A stretch of 64,000 bases of DNA from a virus (taxonomy: Duplodnaviria; Caudoviricetes): positions 16,292 through 80,291 of IMG/VR virus record IMGVR_UViG_3300033475_000012, one strand, 5' to 3'. Of this stretch, positions 56,840-64,000 are shown one piece after another. The notes under the pieces are model-generated. The model saw only the letters and a list, made by a program, of their open reading frames with translations. It searched no databases and was not told the origin of the DNA. Every line of letters begins with the position of its first letter. The stretch's first letter is position 1. Both the position numbers and the translations under genes were made by a program.

Positions 56840-58573
56840 ATGAAACAATCCATTAAAATCCTATTAGCTGCTGTTTTTGCTATTGGATGTGGTACTACAG
56901 GGCAAGTTTCGTGTCCGCCACCGACTACGATTACTTTATTTGACACTATACACGAAACAAAATATACCATCGTTGATAGTCCAGTATATGTGAATAGGGT
57001 GATTGACTCACCAGTTTATATTTTTCAGGACACGCCGATTTTGGTCAATACGGTTATAGATACGAATAATCCAATTAGTGTAATGACGGTCACGCCAAAT
57101 TTATCTGGAAACGATTATCCTACAGTTCAGGCGGCCTTAAATTATCAAGCTCAACACCCTGGTACTGTTTTAAAGTTTTTTGCCACAGATTATTATTTTA
57201 ATCATTCTTTGTTATTTGCCAATATGGTAAATAGAGACTATCAGCAAGTACAATTGGATATAGAAGGGCCTGTCTCTGCGTGGAATTCTCCTAGATGCAC
57301 TATTTTTCACTTCAGAAATACAACTGATTTTGGATTGGCGGTGCAAAAATGTAAAGGGTGTTCAATCAAAAACATTTACTTCGCCGGAGCTTATTCATTT
57401 CCGAACACCTTGAATGCCGTTCAAATAGATACTTTGCTTTTTTCTCAATGGCCAGAACCACTTGGTTCAACAAGAAGTAATCCTTATGCAGCGATAGTCA
57501 TTGACCCATTTAGCGATCCCGCTTATTATACAGCAAATCCTGGAGATAGTATGTACTCAAGTTATATGCCTTACTATATATCAGGAATGTCGAGAGGAGG
57601 TTCGACAGCAATAGATATAGAAGGATGCCGGATTAGTAATTTTGTAGTGGGAACTATGATTACGCCTTCTTTCCAGCAAAATGGAGAAATGATCAATCTC
57701 TTAAAGTGTCGTATCGATAACTGCAAGGTGGCCTATGCCTATACCCAAGACCAAAGTAAAACGAATACGATTTATAATTTAATGAGCTGGGGAAATTGCA
57801 ATACTATAATCGACGGGAATGATTATGGGCATCTCCATATAACTCCTAGTACTGCACCAATGGTAGATGTGATGAATATAGCTGGGAATAATCATCAATT
57901 GTTCAATATAAACGCGGCCACTTTTCCAATTAGCATGAAGCGTATATACGCTGAAGGATTATTTAAATTGGGGATTGCCATGGGAGTTGCAGGCATTCAT
58001 CTGGACGATTTTCAAATAGATTTCCAAAACAATAATCCAGGCGTCCCATCGCCTGACTGTTACTACTATGGGATGAATACAACTTTTACCGGATGCCAAT
58101 TTAGAATATATGGAAGTGAACCACAACGACGGATTATATTGAATTTCCCGGCAAATCAATATATAGGTGGTTCATTGGGGGCATCCCCATTAGTAAATCC
58201 TGTTCAAAAAGTAAGCGGTAGCTATGCGACAAATCCTTTATTAATACAAGGAGCTACATTGTATTACACGGGCCTTCTATTGAATGATAATACTTATGAC
58301 AGCGTCGGATCGGCAATTACTACCACAATTCATGTTAATGCAGATTTTTCCGGATGGTATTTAGGAACGGGGAAAGAAAGCAAAAACGATTTGATAACAG
58401 ATAATAGTGGGATATTTTTCATGGAGAATCTGTTTCCTTCCATACATTCCGCGGCATATCCAATCGGGTTCGTTACTTCTGTCAGTAACGATACTGTTTG
58501 GCTTTCGAATGTAGGTTGGGGAATACGCGATGGACAAATTATTCATGCATGGGATAATAAAATAAGAAATTAA
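56840..58573 (+). CDS. lipoprotein with a pectate-lyase-like right-handed beta-helix (577 aa)
   Basis: Lipobox MKQSIKILLAAVFAIG-C; DYPTVQAALN...FFATDYYF as in Pectate_lyase_3 N-termini; repeated xIxNCxI/NxF coils. Confidence 0.75.
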   Translation: MKQSIKILLAAVFAIGCGTTGQVSCPPPTTITLFDTIHETKYTIVDSPVYVNRVIDSPVYIFQDTPILVNTVIDTNNPISVMTVTPNLSGNDYPTVQAALNYQAQHPGTVLKFFATDYYFNHSLLFANMVNRDYQQVQLDIEGPVSAWNSPRCTIFHFRNTTDFGLAVQKCKGCSIKNIYFAGAYSFPNTLNAVQIDTLLFSQWPEPLGSTRSNPYAAIVIDPFSDPAYYTANPGDSMYSSYMPYYISGMSRGGSTAIDIEGCRISNFVVGTMITPSFQQNGEMINLLKCRIDNCKVAYAYTQDQSKTNTIYNLMSWGNCNTIIDGNDYGHLHITPSTAPMVDVMNIAGNNHQLFNINAATFPISMKRIYAEGLFKLGIAMGVAGIHLDDFQIDFQNNNPGVPSPDCYYYGMNTTFTGCQFRIYGSEPQRRIILNFPANQYIGGSLGASPLVNPVQKVSGSYATNPLLIQGATLYYTGLLLNDNTYDSVGSAITTTIHVNADFSGWYLGTGKESKNDLITDNSGIFFMENLFPSIHSAAYPIGFVTSVSNDTVWLSNVGWGIRDGQIIHAWDNKIRN

Positions 58574-58607
58574 TGGCGAATATGGTCGTTATAGTGATGG
58601 AGAATTC

Positions 58608-58862
58608 ATGATGTCAATAGCGTTTATATCACAGATAACAAATTCATTCACAATGACAGATTTAGGAAGAATATGGGCTAAGTTTGCTAATCGTTGTTGG
58701 GCAAACTATAAAGGCAAAACAGCCGAAAGAGTAAATGGGGGCGTATTATACGAAAGGATGTTCTATACTATTCAACAATGGCATGAACTAATAGATAGAA
58801 GATACGCCGAAGGAGCTTCAATAATAAATAAATCTATTAATAATGGTAAAGATAAAGGTTAG
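58608..58862 (+). CDS. hypothetical protein (84 aa)
   Basis: ORF in a co-directional run. Confidence 0.45.
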   Translation: MMSIAFISQITNSFTMTDLGRIWAKFANRCWANYKGKTAERVNGGVLYERMFYTIQQWHELIDRRYAEGASIINKSINNGKDKG

Positions 58863-59025
58863 GATTGGCCTATTCTGGTATTATTTTAATCTTTCAAATA
58901 AATTGTTCCCTTTCCAAGGATTAAGGGATAATGGAGAATGCTTTAGCATTGCCATCGTGCCATATATGATAGAAACTCTTAGACTTAAGTTCCCTAAATT
59001 TGCATTTAAAACAGAACCTGCATGA
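58843..59025 (+). CDS. hypothetical protein (60 aa)
   Basis: Overlap-coupled to its neighbours. Confidence 0.4.
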   Translation: MVKIKVRIGLFWYYFNLSNKLFPFQGLRDNGECFSIAIVPYMIETLRLKFPKFAFKTEPA

Positions 59026-59207
59026 TATATTTAGTCGCCTTCCTTTATTTGGCTGGGTATACGTGTTTTATTTCTTCCGTGGGATCAAGTCAAGAGAAAC
59101 CCGTTTTGTTGGAAGATTATATTTTCGGATTGCTATGGCCCATACTCGTTCTATCTTATTGGCTTTCATATTTGCTATCTTTAATTAAAAAGAAGAAACA
59201 TGAATAA
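59022..59207 (+). CDS. small two-TM membrane protein (61 aa)
   Basis: Two hydrophobic segments, GLLWP motif, basic tail. Confidence 0.55.
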   Translation: MIYLVAFLYLAGYTCFISSVGSSQEKPVLLEDYIFGLLWPILVLSYWLSYLLSLIKKKKHE

Positions 59208-59736
59208 TATATCTCCATTAAGTGTAGTAATATTCGCCTGTATCTCTATTTTGATTATGGGAGAATGCGTATATTTGTTCGTTAAGTGGCGAAGACGAAA
59301 AAGAAAGCCACAACCAAGCCTTCTAGTATTTTTTGTTAACAAAATAAATTCAAAAACCATGTCTACTGTTAATTCAGTAAATTTCACAACCAACGCTCCG
59401 GATCAAGGAGTAATCGCCGTGGTAGATACGGCAAATGGCAATGCGGTATTGACTGGCACTTTATCGAATCTTTCGGCCGCTTCAAGCGATTCGACCCAAG
59501 ACACGGCTTCTATAGATCCATCCGTGGCTAACACTCTGGATGTAGCCCCCGTTTCTAACCAAGGATCGTCTCTGGTGACGGTAAAGGGAGATTTTACAAG
59601 TCAGGGGAACAGCAACATTACTGATGGAACGGTTTTCGCCGGGATTACTGTACAGGTGGCTGTTACGAATAATATTCCGACAACGCCTCCGCCGCCTCCA
59701 ACTCCGGTCCCAGGATTGCAGGTTACTTTCCCGTAA
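59200..59736 (+). CDS. membrane-anchored Ig-like/Ser-Thr-rich protein (178 aa)
   Basis: N-terminal TM, basic patch, then a T/S/V/N-rich beta domain and a poly-Pro tail. Confidence 0.6.
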   Translation: MNNISPLSVVIFACISILIMGECVYLFVKWRRRKRKPQPSLLVFFVNKINSKTMSTVNSVNFTTNAPDQGVIAVVDTANGNAVLTGTLSNLSAASSDSTQDTASIDPSVANTLDVAPVSNQGSSLVTVKGDFTSQGNSNITDGTVFAGITVQVAVTNNIPTTPPPPPTPVPGLQVTFP

Positions 59737-59764
59737 ATATTTCAGGACATTCGCTTCCGTCCGG

Positions 59765-59790
59765 GCCGCCCTTAATCGGGTGGCTTTTTT
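59765..59790 (+). terminator. intrinsic terminator between convergent units
   Basis: GCCGCCC-TTAATC-GGGTGGC-TTTTTT. Confidence 0.7.
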
Positions 59791-60013
59791 ATGGCTTTCC
59801 TGCGATAAGATAGAGAGTATAGCACAGCCAGACAAATCCAAAGAGATAGGACCAAGGGAGAAGGAATGTCATATAGCTATTCCAGAACGGTAATCTTCCA
59901 CAGTACTCCCAATGCGGGCTTTTGTAACCAACGCCACATAACATTAAAGGGAAGGTGGCGGAAAAAATCCCGTAAAGCGTCGTGTGAAATAAATATCTTT
60001 TCAATGATTTCAT
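59789..60013 (-). CDS. small membrane protein (74 aa)
   Basis: Two hydrophobic aromatic-rich segments. Confidence 0.45.
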   Translation of the reverse strand: MKSLKRYLFHTTLYGIFSATFPLMLCGVGYKSPHWEYCGRLPFWNSYMTFLLPWSYLFGFVWLCYTLYLIAGKP

Positions 60014-60018
60014 GATAC

Positions 60019-60411
60019 TTATTTTTTAAGTGAAAACAACTGTACGTCATATCCTGCTCTTAAATCTTTTACCCATATACTAGGCTTTGTAGGAGATGTA
60101 GAGTCTAGGTAGATTATGGGACGTTTTTCAAGTTCTTGAATTCTTCTTTGGAGGGAGTCTAGGCGGCGGTTTAATGAATCGATATTATAAGCCAGCGTCA
60201 ATATTTTATAATCAGAAAACCATGGTGCGTAATTTGTCCATCCGTCTGGGCCTAATAAGTCAATGTTTGTAGAGTCGCGTACCATTTTTCCATGTACTGT
60301 ACGGTACATAACGGGCTTTCCAATCATGCCTGAACGAAGGGCTGAATCCTGCCCCTTCCCTACCATAGCAGTAAAAAGTAAGGAGCATAGAAGAATAGGT
60401 AACTTGTTCAT
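60019..60411 (-). CDS. exported protein with a Sec signal peptide and coiled coil (130 aa)
   Basis: MNKLPILLCSLLFTAMVGKG|QDSA...; IDSLNRRLDSLQRRIQELE. Confidence 0.7.
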   Translation of the reverse strand: MNKLPILLCSLLFTAMVGKGQDSALRSGMIGKPVMYRTVHGKMVRDSTNIDLLGPDGWTNYAPWFSDYKILTLAYNIDSLNRRLDSLQRRIQELEKRPIIYLDSTSPTKPSIWVKDLRAGYDVQLFSLKK

Positions 60412-60414
60412 GGG

Positions 60415-60759
60415 TTATGCAGTTTTTAATTTTTGTTTCCAAAATTGTTTTGCCTCTTTTCGAAGGGCATCTTCCATTTCCCAGCTCTTTTTGCTTATGA
60501 CGGTATAGCCGGGAATGATACCGTTTTGCTTGTCGGCGACGCTCATAAGCCTGTAATGTCCTTTATTGCCCTCAGCATGGTATTCTTTGCCTGCCCAAAA
60601 TAGTTGACCCTTAAAGTCTTCTAGAATGGCAATGTGATACATCCAATATCGCTTTTTGCCTCTACCTATAAAATGAAAGACTTTTAGAAGATCGCCTTCC
60701 TCTATCCTCATGCCTGTTTCATCTCTGTAAAATCTTTTTTCTCTGGGGTGTAAATTCAT
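60415..60759 (-). CDS. YopX-like hypothetical protein (114 aa)
   Basis: DETG..IEEGDLL pattern. Confidence 0.5.
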   Translation of the reverse strand: MNLHPREKRFYRDETGMRIEEGDLLKVFHFIGRGKKRYWMYHIAILEDFKGQLFWAGKEYHAEGNKGHYRLMSVADKQNGIIPGYTVISKKSWEMEDALRKEAKQFWKQKLKTA

Positions 60760-60789
60760 ACTTATTGCTTTTTAAGTTTATTGAAAGAT

Positions 60790-61038
60790 TTACCACAAAT
60801 CCTCATCTGGAATTTTGCCACTTGAAAGAACTTCAGGGAGGCATCCAAAGTGATATCGAAACTCGGTTCCGGCGGATGCATTGGGGTCGTATCCATAATC
60901 ACCCGGCTCAGAGGGCCAAGCCCTAATTGCCATTTCGTTTTCAGGGATAAGTTTGCCGCATCTGCTACAGAGGCATTCAGGATGTCCGGTATCCGGCGAA
61001 TCAAAAAAGACTTTATCCGTGGTCAAAATTTTAAACAT
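60790..61038 (-). CDS. small Zn-binding protein (82 aa)
   Basis: CSRCGK...YHFGC. Confidence 0.55.
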   Translation of the reverse strand: MFKILTTDKVFFDSPDTGHPECLCSRCGKLIPENEMAIRAWPSEPGDYGYDPNASAGTEFRYHFGCLPEVLSSGKIPDEDLW

Positions 61039-61080
61039 GTTATTAATTTTTGCGATTGGAATAACTGGGATAACGAGGAG

Positions 61081-61314
61081 CTACAAAGGACCTAAGTAAT
61101 TCGTCATTACCCACAACACAAAATATAACCAACTCAAGGACATGATTACGCCCACTACAGCCTTCCAGATTGACAGTTTTTTGTAAATAGCATTTACACA
61201 CATCCAAGTTCCAACAAGCAAGATGGGAGCTGGGGCAAACCAGCAGATCATTATGAAGCCGAATGGTTTATGTAGCATCCAATATTCAATATTAAAATGT
61301 GGAGGAAGAATCAT
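61081..61314 (-). CDS. small membrane protein (77 aa)
   Basis: Two TM-like segments. Confidence 0.5.
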   Translation of the reverse strand: MILPPHFNIEYWMLHKPFGFIMICWFAPAPILLVGTWMCVNAIYKKLSIWKAVVGVIMSLSWLYFVLWVMTNYLGPL

Positions 61315-62134
61315 TATTGTTGAGTTTTAGAGTGTTGGCCGCTTCTCGCTGAATTTCGCAAACCCTCTTGATTATCCAATCTGCGTTTTTCCAGCCAATA
61401 TCAGGCATGTTCCATATTGTGTCAAGCTGAGCATGGAAGCGTAACATACCCGTTCGATAGTCACCTCTTTCTTTTTCCAAAGCTGCTATTCTCTCTGCAT
61501 CGACTTTTCGTTGAGTTTGCAGGTGCTTTATCCTTTCGCTGAGCGCGTTTCGCATCCATTTCGCCCCACGTTCAGCGGCGGCCCGGGTGATTACCGGAAA
61601 ATTTTTTCTGATGTTTTCAGCGGAATACGGGGCGTCAAGTGGGGCTGGGCCGTGCGTGCTGACGTTCCATTTTTCGAAGCCATCCCACGCGTCCCATACG
61701 TTTTGATATTGATCCGGCAATTCTCCTTTATTTTCTCCTTGCCCTATCTGCTGTTCTGCCATAGCTAACAGCACGTCCTCGGAATGCTCTTCTTGTCCTA
61801 TAGTAGGTGGTTCAGCCCAGCAATCGTCGCACTGAGAGACGCATTTCTCTTCGCTAACGCCGTGAGTCTGGCCAAGTTTTAACTGAAGGTCTTTCACCCA
61901 TGCTCTAAGGGCTATGATAGCTCGCTCGTATCCTTTTTTATCGGCCTCCGGATCTCCTTCGTTATCGAACCATTTGAAAGATCGACTGGGATATCTTTCC
62001 AAGGAAGCTATCATATCCTTTTTTGCCATGGAGCTGGTTTCCATTCCTATATCATCAGGCCTGACTTCAAAAAGGCGATATTCGTTTTTGGGGAGATATT
62101 CATTGGGGGATACCCATTGGCCTATATTGCTCAT
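61292..62134 (-). CDS. hypothetical protein (280 aa)
   Basis: Long ORF with helical composition. Confidence 0.65.
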   Translation of the reverse strand: MSNIGQWVSPNEYLPKNEYRLFEVRPDDIGMETSSMAKKDMIASLERYPSRSFKWFDNEGDPEADKKGYERAIIALRAWVKDLQLKLGQTHGVSEEKCVSQCDDCWAEPPTIGQEEHSEDVLLAMAEQQIGQGENKGELPDQYQNVWDAWDGFEKWNVSTHGPAPLDAPYSAENIRKNFPVITRAAAERGAKWMRNALSERIKHLQTQRKVDAERIAALEKERGDYRTGMLRFHAQLDTIWNMPDIGWKNADWIIKRVCEIQREAANTLKLNNNDSSSTF

Positions 62135-62304
62135 GGTTTAGTACATTCAGTTTGATGAATAATTTTTGAATCTACGGTTTTGCCAGCAGTTACTCTTCTC
62201 CATACATGCCATCTTCCCCATTCATTGCCAGAGGCATCTTTCGATGGGCCACATGCTTGCAAAAGAAAAAGAGAAGCAATAAGTAGCTTACTGACCGTTT
62301 TCAT
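62131..62304 (-). CDS. small lipoprotein, 57 aa (not in the ORF track)
   Basis: Manual translation MKTVSKLLIASLFLLQA-CGPSKDASGNEW...; ATGA overlap with the next gene. Confidence 0.6.
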   Translation of the reverse strand: MKTVSKLLIASLFLLQACGPSKDASGNEWGRWHVWRRVTAGKTVDSKIIHQTECTKP

Positions 62305-62663
62305 TATATATTTTTGTTTGAAGTAGGATGTTTATGGCGATATCCCTTAATTTTATACCTCGCGTCATATCGCCCGCTTTTTCTGCGACTATGGAAATAC
62401 TAGCGATAAAGGAAATCCTTTTTATCTGTAACATGGCGATACTTTTTGCATTTTTTTACACCTTTGAGACTCTGAATAGCCGCCTTCATTTAACGGATAA
62501 GCCCCAAATTCGTAAGTCCACTTATGTCTACAGAATATATGCTTTAATATCTTTTTCATTACTCTATCCTTCCTTTAGATGTAATTAACGACGATGTTCG
62601 GTAAGCCATTTGAGTTTATCGGTTTTCGGCATAGAGAACCAATTATCCGGGAGCTTATCGAAT

Positions 62664-63002
62664 TTATCCGCGTTGACCGCAAGAATCCCCTTGTTGGGCG
62701 CTGTTGCGAATCCCTAATTTAGCGTAGACCATTGATTTTTGGTTGGAATTGAGAACTTTGCTCTCTTTGGCTAATTTCATAAGGACATCCTTTTCAATAG
62801 AACCAACCCGAATAACGTTCATAAATTCTATATAGGTATGAGGCAACTTAGTTGAGGTCTCGGATTGAAGTTTGGCGGTTTCTTTTTGTCCTTTATATCT
62901 GGCGTAATAGGCCCTTGACCGGCAGGTTTCGGAGCAGTACAATTTAGCCCTTTTCTTCGGTGTTTGTTGTATTTCTATACCACATATTGCACATTTGGTC
63001 AT
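62664..63002 (-). CDS. Zn-finger hypothetical protein (112 aa)
   Basis: CAICG...YCSETCR. Confidence 0.6.
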   Translation of the reverse strand: MTKCAICGIEIQQTPKKRAKLYCSETCRSRAYYARYKGQKETAKLQSETSTKLPHTYIEFMNVIRVGSIEKDVLMKLAKESKVLNSNQKSMVYAKLGIRNSAQQGDSCGQRG

Positions 63003-63409
63003 TCTACGGCTTTAAGATAATAGCAGCCTTTTATTTTTTCCTGCCTTGGCCAATCATATATCAATTCTCGGGTGCTCGGGGTGCCATCTTTTTTAATTTT
63101 AACGACTTTATAGTGGATTTGGCTAAGGTCTTTTAGCCATTCGTCTTCTTTTCCTATGTATTGGTCGGGATTAAATCCCCACTTCCAAGAAACTTCACAC
63201 CAGGCCTTTTCAACGAAACCAACTCCAAGGCTTTCGTCGGAATAGCCAAAAACTTCAACCTTTTGGCCGTTCTTAAATTTTCTGTGAGTTTCAATAAAGG
63301 AGATAATAAATGCTTTTAAATCCCCTTCCAATGAGGCAACCTGATCCTGCGCTGCCTTTAGCTTTTCTACCAAATCAAATCCATGCATGATTAAAACGTT
63401 TTCATACAA
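62999..63409 (-). CDS. hypothetical protein (136 aa)
   Basis: Overlap-coupled; KIKKDGTPS motif common in Bacteroidota phage proteins. Confidence 0.6.
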   Translation of the reverse strand: MYENVLIMHGFDLVEKLKAAQDQVASLEGDLKAFIISFIETHRKFKNGQKVEVFGYSDESLGVGFVEKAWCEVSWKWGFNPDQYIGKEDEWLKDLSQIHYKVVKIKKDGTPSTRELIYDWPRQEKIKGCYYLKAVE

Positions 63410-63472
63410 ATTTAAAACGTTTTATTTTAATATTCCAAATAATCCCCCTACTTTCGTAAAAAAATAACTTCT

Positions 63473-63754
63473 ATGTACAAATTCACTGTTCTTTTATTGG
63501 TTTTAGGGATTGCTTTTAGTGCTCAGGCTCAAAAGGCAGGGAACCCAGCCCCGGCAGATACGGCCAAAGTTCAGATCATGCCACCCACCGACAGCACAGG
63601 GCTACTCAACTACAATGACTTCAAAGAGTTATTGGATAAAATCCTTGGCGATATTCCTGCCAAATATTCTAATCCCATCTCTCAATTTTTACAACAACGT
63701 TTTCAGGAACGGGCACAACAATATTTGCAGAAACAAACGACTGGAAAGAAATAG
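63473..63754 (+). CDS. small exported protein with a Sec signal peptide (93 aa)
   Basis: MYKFTVLLLVLGIAFSAQA|QKAG...; upstream TACTTTCG -7-like box at 63449-56. Confidence 0.7.
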   Translation: MYKFTVLLLVLGIAFSAQAQKAGNPAPADTAKVQIMPPTDSTGLLNYNDFKELLDKILGDIPAKYSNPISQFLQQRFQERAQQYLQKQTTGKK

Positions 63755-63756
63755 TT

Positions 63757-63966
63757 CTACGCCCCGGCAACAACGCTCGGGGCTTCTTTTATTGCATTGT
63801 AACACAGATCTTTGAGTGCATCAGCGCCCCCCACCCTAGCAATTTCTTTATTCTGAAACAGAAGCCAAACTCCTACCTTTCTTTCTTCTTGGGGAATTGG
63901 TTTTCTTCCAGCATTAGACCGTGCTCCACCACTGCCTTTTCTTTTGGTACTTTCTTTTCTATTCAC
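63757..63966 (-). CDS. small DNA-binding protein (GGARxNAGRKP motif, 69 aa)
   Basis: RGGxRxxAGRKP-type basic motif followed by an RHH-like segment. Confidence 0.55.
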   Translation of the reverse strand: MNRKESTKRKGSGGARSNAGRKPIPQEERKVGVWLLFQNKEIARVGGADALKDLCYNAIKEAPSVVAGA

Positions 63967-64000
63967 AACTAATGGTTTTAAATAATTTAACTAACGATTA

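Noticed and set aside
60762-61004. 80-aa minus-strand ORF overlapping 60790-61038
   Set aside because: Same-strand alternative frame; the 82-aa Cys/His-motif ORF is more protein-like.
62328-62588. 86-aa plus-strand ORF
   Set aside because: Antisense to a run of small minus-strand ORFs; no motif or expression signal.
1818-63815. Numerous 60-135 aa ORFs antisense or nested within long genes
   Set aside because: Expected by chance opposite real coding regions; no motifs or independent signals.
1-64000. Stop-codon reassignment as in some crAss-like phages
   Set aside because: Genes up to 8 kb are intact under the standard code, coding density is high, and TAG, TGA and TAA all end genes at tight junctions.
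1-64000. CRISPR arrays, tRNA/rRNA genes, IS transposases, integrase, diversity-generating retroelement
   Set aside because: No regular repeat-spacer arrays, tRNA arms, transposase/integrase or reverse-transcriptase motifs were recognised.

Overview
The window reads as part of a Bacteroidota-infecting tailed phage (or prophage) genome with a podovirus-type, crAss-like morphogenesis module. No integrase, CI-type repressor, DNA polymerase, tRNA, rRNA or CRISPR array was seen. From 1 to about 55,000 almost everything is on the minus strand. In transcription order: small regulators, a putative sliding clamp, a replication initiator with internal 11-bp iterons, a primase-helicase, an SSB, a seven-enzyme glycan cluster (GT25, GT2, GT11, two SAM methyltransferases, exostosin/GT47, CgeB-like GT), a winged-helix regulator, large terminase, a protein with three tandem GroES domains, portal, scaffold, major capsid, ring/tail proteins, ejection-type proteins including a 2698-aa giant, a GNAT + C39 peptidase + PurD-like ATP-grasp module, and a signal-peptide-bearing fibre-like protein that runs off the left edge. 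Five free-standing homing endonucleases sit at gene junctions. A divergent promoter/operator region near 55,100 drives a rightward unit (RHH regulator, NinG, beta-helix lipoprotein, small membrane proteins), which converges at about 59,770 with a leftward unit of small genes. The best candidates for undescribed biology are (1) the protease/ligase/acyltransferase module in the virion region, with a shared N-terminal motif on two candidate substrates, and (2) the glycosyltransferase cluster together with exported phage proteins rich in the Bacteroidota O-glycosylation sequon. All family assignments come from motif recognition by eye. No database search was run.
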